The position numbers and the translations under genes were made by a program. Shown here piece by piece: positions 30,695-32,000 of a stretch of DNA of 32,000 bases. Under the pieces are notes generated by a model. The model did not search any database, was not told the DNA's origin, and saw nothing but the letters and a program-made list of their open reading frames with translations. Positions within the stretch are counted from its first letter, which is position 1; the number at the start of each line of letters is the position of its first letter. This DNA is from Geobacter sulfurreducens PCA (GTDB taxonomy: Bacteria; Desulfobacterota; Desulfuromonadia; Geobacterales; Geobacteraceae): the NCBI RefSeq assembly GCF_000007985.2, contig NC_002939.5, positions 150,001 to 182,000 on the forward strand. Direction: 5' to 3'.

Positions 30695-30982
30695 GTGGGA
30701 GCAACGCTTGTTCTCAGGAACAAGAAAGTCAGAGAAGGGATCATCATCGAATTGGCGGTCTGGATACTCGATGCCCCCGTAGATGGTTGCAGCCACCGAT
30801 TTAAGTACCGTCTTTTCTGCGGCGTCCTGGAAACCGGTTCATCTTTGGTCAGGTACGACAACGAACGGGGGAAGGGCGACCACCGGCATGTCGTTGATGG
30901 CGAACAGCCGTACGTTTTTACCAGTCTGGAGAAGTTGTTCGCTGACTTTGAAGGGGATGTCAGGGAGGTGTTGAAAAAATGA
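30695..30982 (+). CDS. DUF6516/TumE-like small protein (putative toxin of a type II TA-like pair)
   Basis: ORF 30656..30982 (TTG). I prefer the GTG at 30695 because GGGAGG lies about 7 nt upstream and the predicted promoter -10 lies downstream of 30656. VRYDNERGKGDHRHVVDGEQPYVFTSLEKLFADFEGDV matches my memory of the (R/K)YDN...H.H core of proteins paired with HVO_A0114-type HTH proteins. No search was run. Confidence 0.6.
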   Translation: MGATLVLRNKKVREGIIIELAVWILDAPVDGCSHRFKYRLFCGVLETGSSLVRYDNERGKGDHRHVVDGEQPYVFTSLEKLFADFEGDVREVLKK

Positions 30983-31341
30983 AACGGGACATCAAGATAG
31001 GAATCAAGTCCGACGACGAATTCTTTTCCGAGGCACGGGATTTAGCTCGCAGCATCGACAATGGATGGCGGCCGGAGCAGCCGGTGGAACGCCTCTACTT
31101 CGAGGACCTCCCCACGCTGCTCAAATACCTCACTCCGAAACGGTTCGAACTGCTCAATACCCTGCACGCCATGGGTCATGTGAGCATCAACGCCTTGGCG
31201 AAGAAACTCCACCGGCAGTACCGCAACGTCTTTGACGACGTGAAGACCCTGGAGCGGCTGGGACTGGTGGAGAAGGATGAAGAGAGCCGGTTCTTCGTCC
31301 CTTGGGACGAGATTGATGCTACCTTTCGTCTGGCGGCGTAA
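30979..31341 (+). CDS. winged-helix DNA-binding protein (HVO_A0114/TumA-like putative antitoxin or transcriptional regulator)
   Basis: 120 aa, ATGA overlap with the upstream gene. IKIGIKSDDEFFSEARDLARSID...FEDLPTLLKYLTPKRFELLNTLHAMGHVSINALAKKLHRQYRNVFDDVKTLERLGLVEKDEE is a typical wHTH (MarR/ArsR-like) layout. Confidence 0.7.
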   Translation: MKRDIKIGIKSDDEFFSEARDLARSIDNGWRPEQPVERLYFEDLPTLLKYLTPKRFELLNTLHAMGHVSINALAKKLHRQYRNVFDDVKTLERLGLVEKDEESRFFVPWDEIDATFRLAA

Positions 31342-31361
31342 GGGAGTTAAGTAAACTGTCC

Positions 31362-31379
31362 CCGGAACTCCCGGAACTC
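31362..31379. repeat. perfect tandem duplication CCGGAACTC x2
   Basis: Read directly. It lies in the 67-nt spacer between the HTH gene and the AT-rich ATPase gene, at the compositional boundary. Confidence 0.6.
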
Positions 31380-31408
31380 GTCCCAAAGTGTTAAGGAGTG
31401 TCACGGCT

Positions 31409-32000
31409 ATGAAAACGAGCGTTAAAACAATAAGCAAGAAACTACAGCACTCTTTGCAAAAAGGAATAACTGAATTGTCAGTTGCTGGCTATAAGTCAAT
31501 TGGCAGGCTACAAACAATTGATTTAAAGCCGCTTACAATATTATCTGGATCAAATAGCTCTGGTAAATCTAGTATAATGCAACCACTACTACTGTTAAAA
31601 CAAACATTAGAGGCCGGATATGATCCTGGTCCGTTATTGCTTAATGGACCAAACCTAAAGTATAATTCTGCAAGTGACATTTTGACTCAATGTAAGAACA
31701 ATAAACTGAATTCATTTTCTGTTGGAATTCGAGTTGCTAAAAATGAACTACTCACTACATCATATAAAAAACAGATTAATAAAGGGTTCAAAATAGACGA
31801 AATGACTTACGGTGATAAAAATGAAATTCATTTCAATCAAAGTATGTCGGCATCAGATACAGAAAGAATCGTACCAAACGAATTTAAAGATCTTTACAAA
31901 GTATTGCCTAAAAAATACAGGCCAGAGATAGAGTGGCATATTACGCGAAATAGGTGTTTTCTTGAGGCAGTACCAAAGTCTAAAGATGGTTCACAAATGG
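31409..32000 (+). CDS. P-loop NTPase, N-terminal 197 codons (SMC/ABC-like AAA_15/AAA_21/DUF3696-type ATPase); the 3' end lies beyond the window
   Basis: Absent from the supplied ORF track because there is no stop in the window. My translation from the ATG at 31409 (AAGGAG at 31393-31398): MKTSVKTISKKLQHSLQKGITELSVAGYKSIGRLQTIDLKPLTILSGSNSSGKSSIMQPLLLLKQTLEAGYDPGPLLLNGPNLKYNSASDILTQ...EWHITRNRCFLEAVPKSKDGSQM. It stays open to the window end. Walker A is GSNSSGKSS, preceded by the beta-strand pattern (I..L.V.GYKSI....IDL.PLTIL.G) typical of RecF/SMC-like ATPases. G+C is about 28-37% in sampled lines. Confidence 0.8.
   Translation, partial: MKTSVKTISKKLQHSLQKGITELSVAGYKSIGRLQTIDLKPLTILSGSNSSGKSSIMQPLLLLKQTLEAGYDPGPLLLNGPNLKYNSASDILTQCKNNKLNSFSVGIRVAKNELLTTSYKKQINKGFKIDEMTYGDKNEIHFNQSMSASDTERIVPNEFKDLYKVLPKKYRPEIEWHITRNRCFLEAVPKSKDGSQM

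Noticed and set aside
31489-31680. 63-aa minus-strand ORF in the AT-rich region; also 31042..31437 on the minus strand.
   Set aside because: It is antisense to the longer + strand ATPase ORF with a clear Walker A motif (or, for the second ORF, to the wHTH gene). No motifs support either.

Overview
About 30.6 kb of this window is high-GC chromosomal core (sampled 60-nt lines give roughly 60-70% G+C). Almost every gene is on the + strand. From memory, the gene content and order match Geobacter/Geobacteraceae, but I cannot verify that here.

Gene order: hemB (minus strand, runs off the left edge), doxX-like, a PilZ-domain gene (minus strand), prfC, a small membrane protein, larB-larC-pgpA-cinA, a PAS/GAF histidine kinase, recA-pilT-recX-alaS, a receiver-histidine kinase hybrid, argB-argD-argF-argG, a NUDIX hydrolase, an unannotatable 387-aa protein with a nitrilase-superfamily-like E/K/C pattern, argH, an LptM-like lipoprotein with FN3-like repeats, and lysA-dapA-dapB-dapL.

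The region changes after a strong terminator at about 30.6 kb. First comes a two-gene toxin-antitoxin-like pair: a DUF6516/TumE-like protein and a winged-HTH protein, with a 4-nt overlap. G+C then drops abruptly to about 28-37% at about 31.4 kb. There the 5' end of a P-loop (SMC/ABC-like, defence-type) ATPase gene begins and runs off the right edge. This right-hand end is the only clearly accessory, horizontally acquired DNA.

Other points worth a second look:
- two diverged copies of a ~125-nt structured intergenic element placed directly after the argG and dapB stop codons;
- a perfect 28-bp palindrome downstream of prfC;
- an orphan terminator-like hairpin in the prfC leader;
- a pilT paralog inserted into the recA-recX-alaS unit.

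I saw no rRNA, tRNA, CRISPR array or transposase. The many long minus-strand ORFs in the supplied track are antisense artefacts of high G+C.
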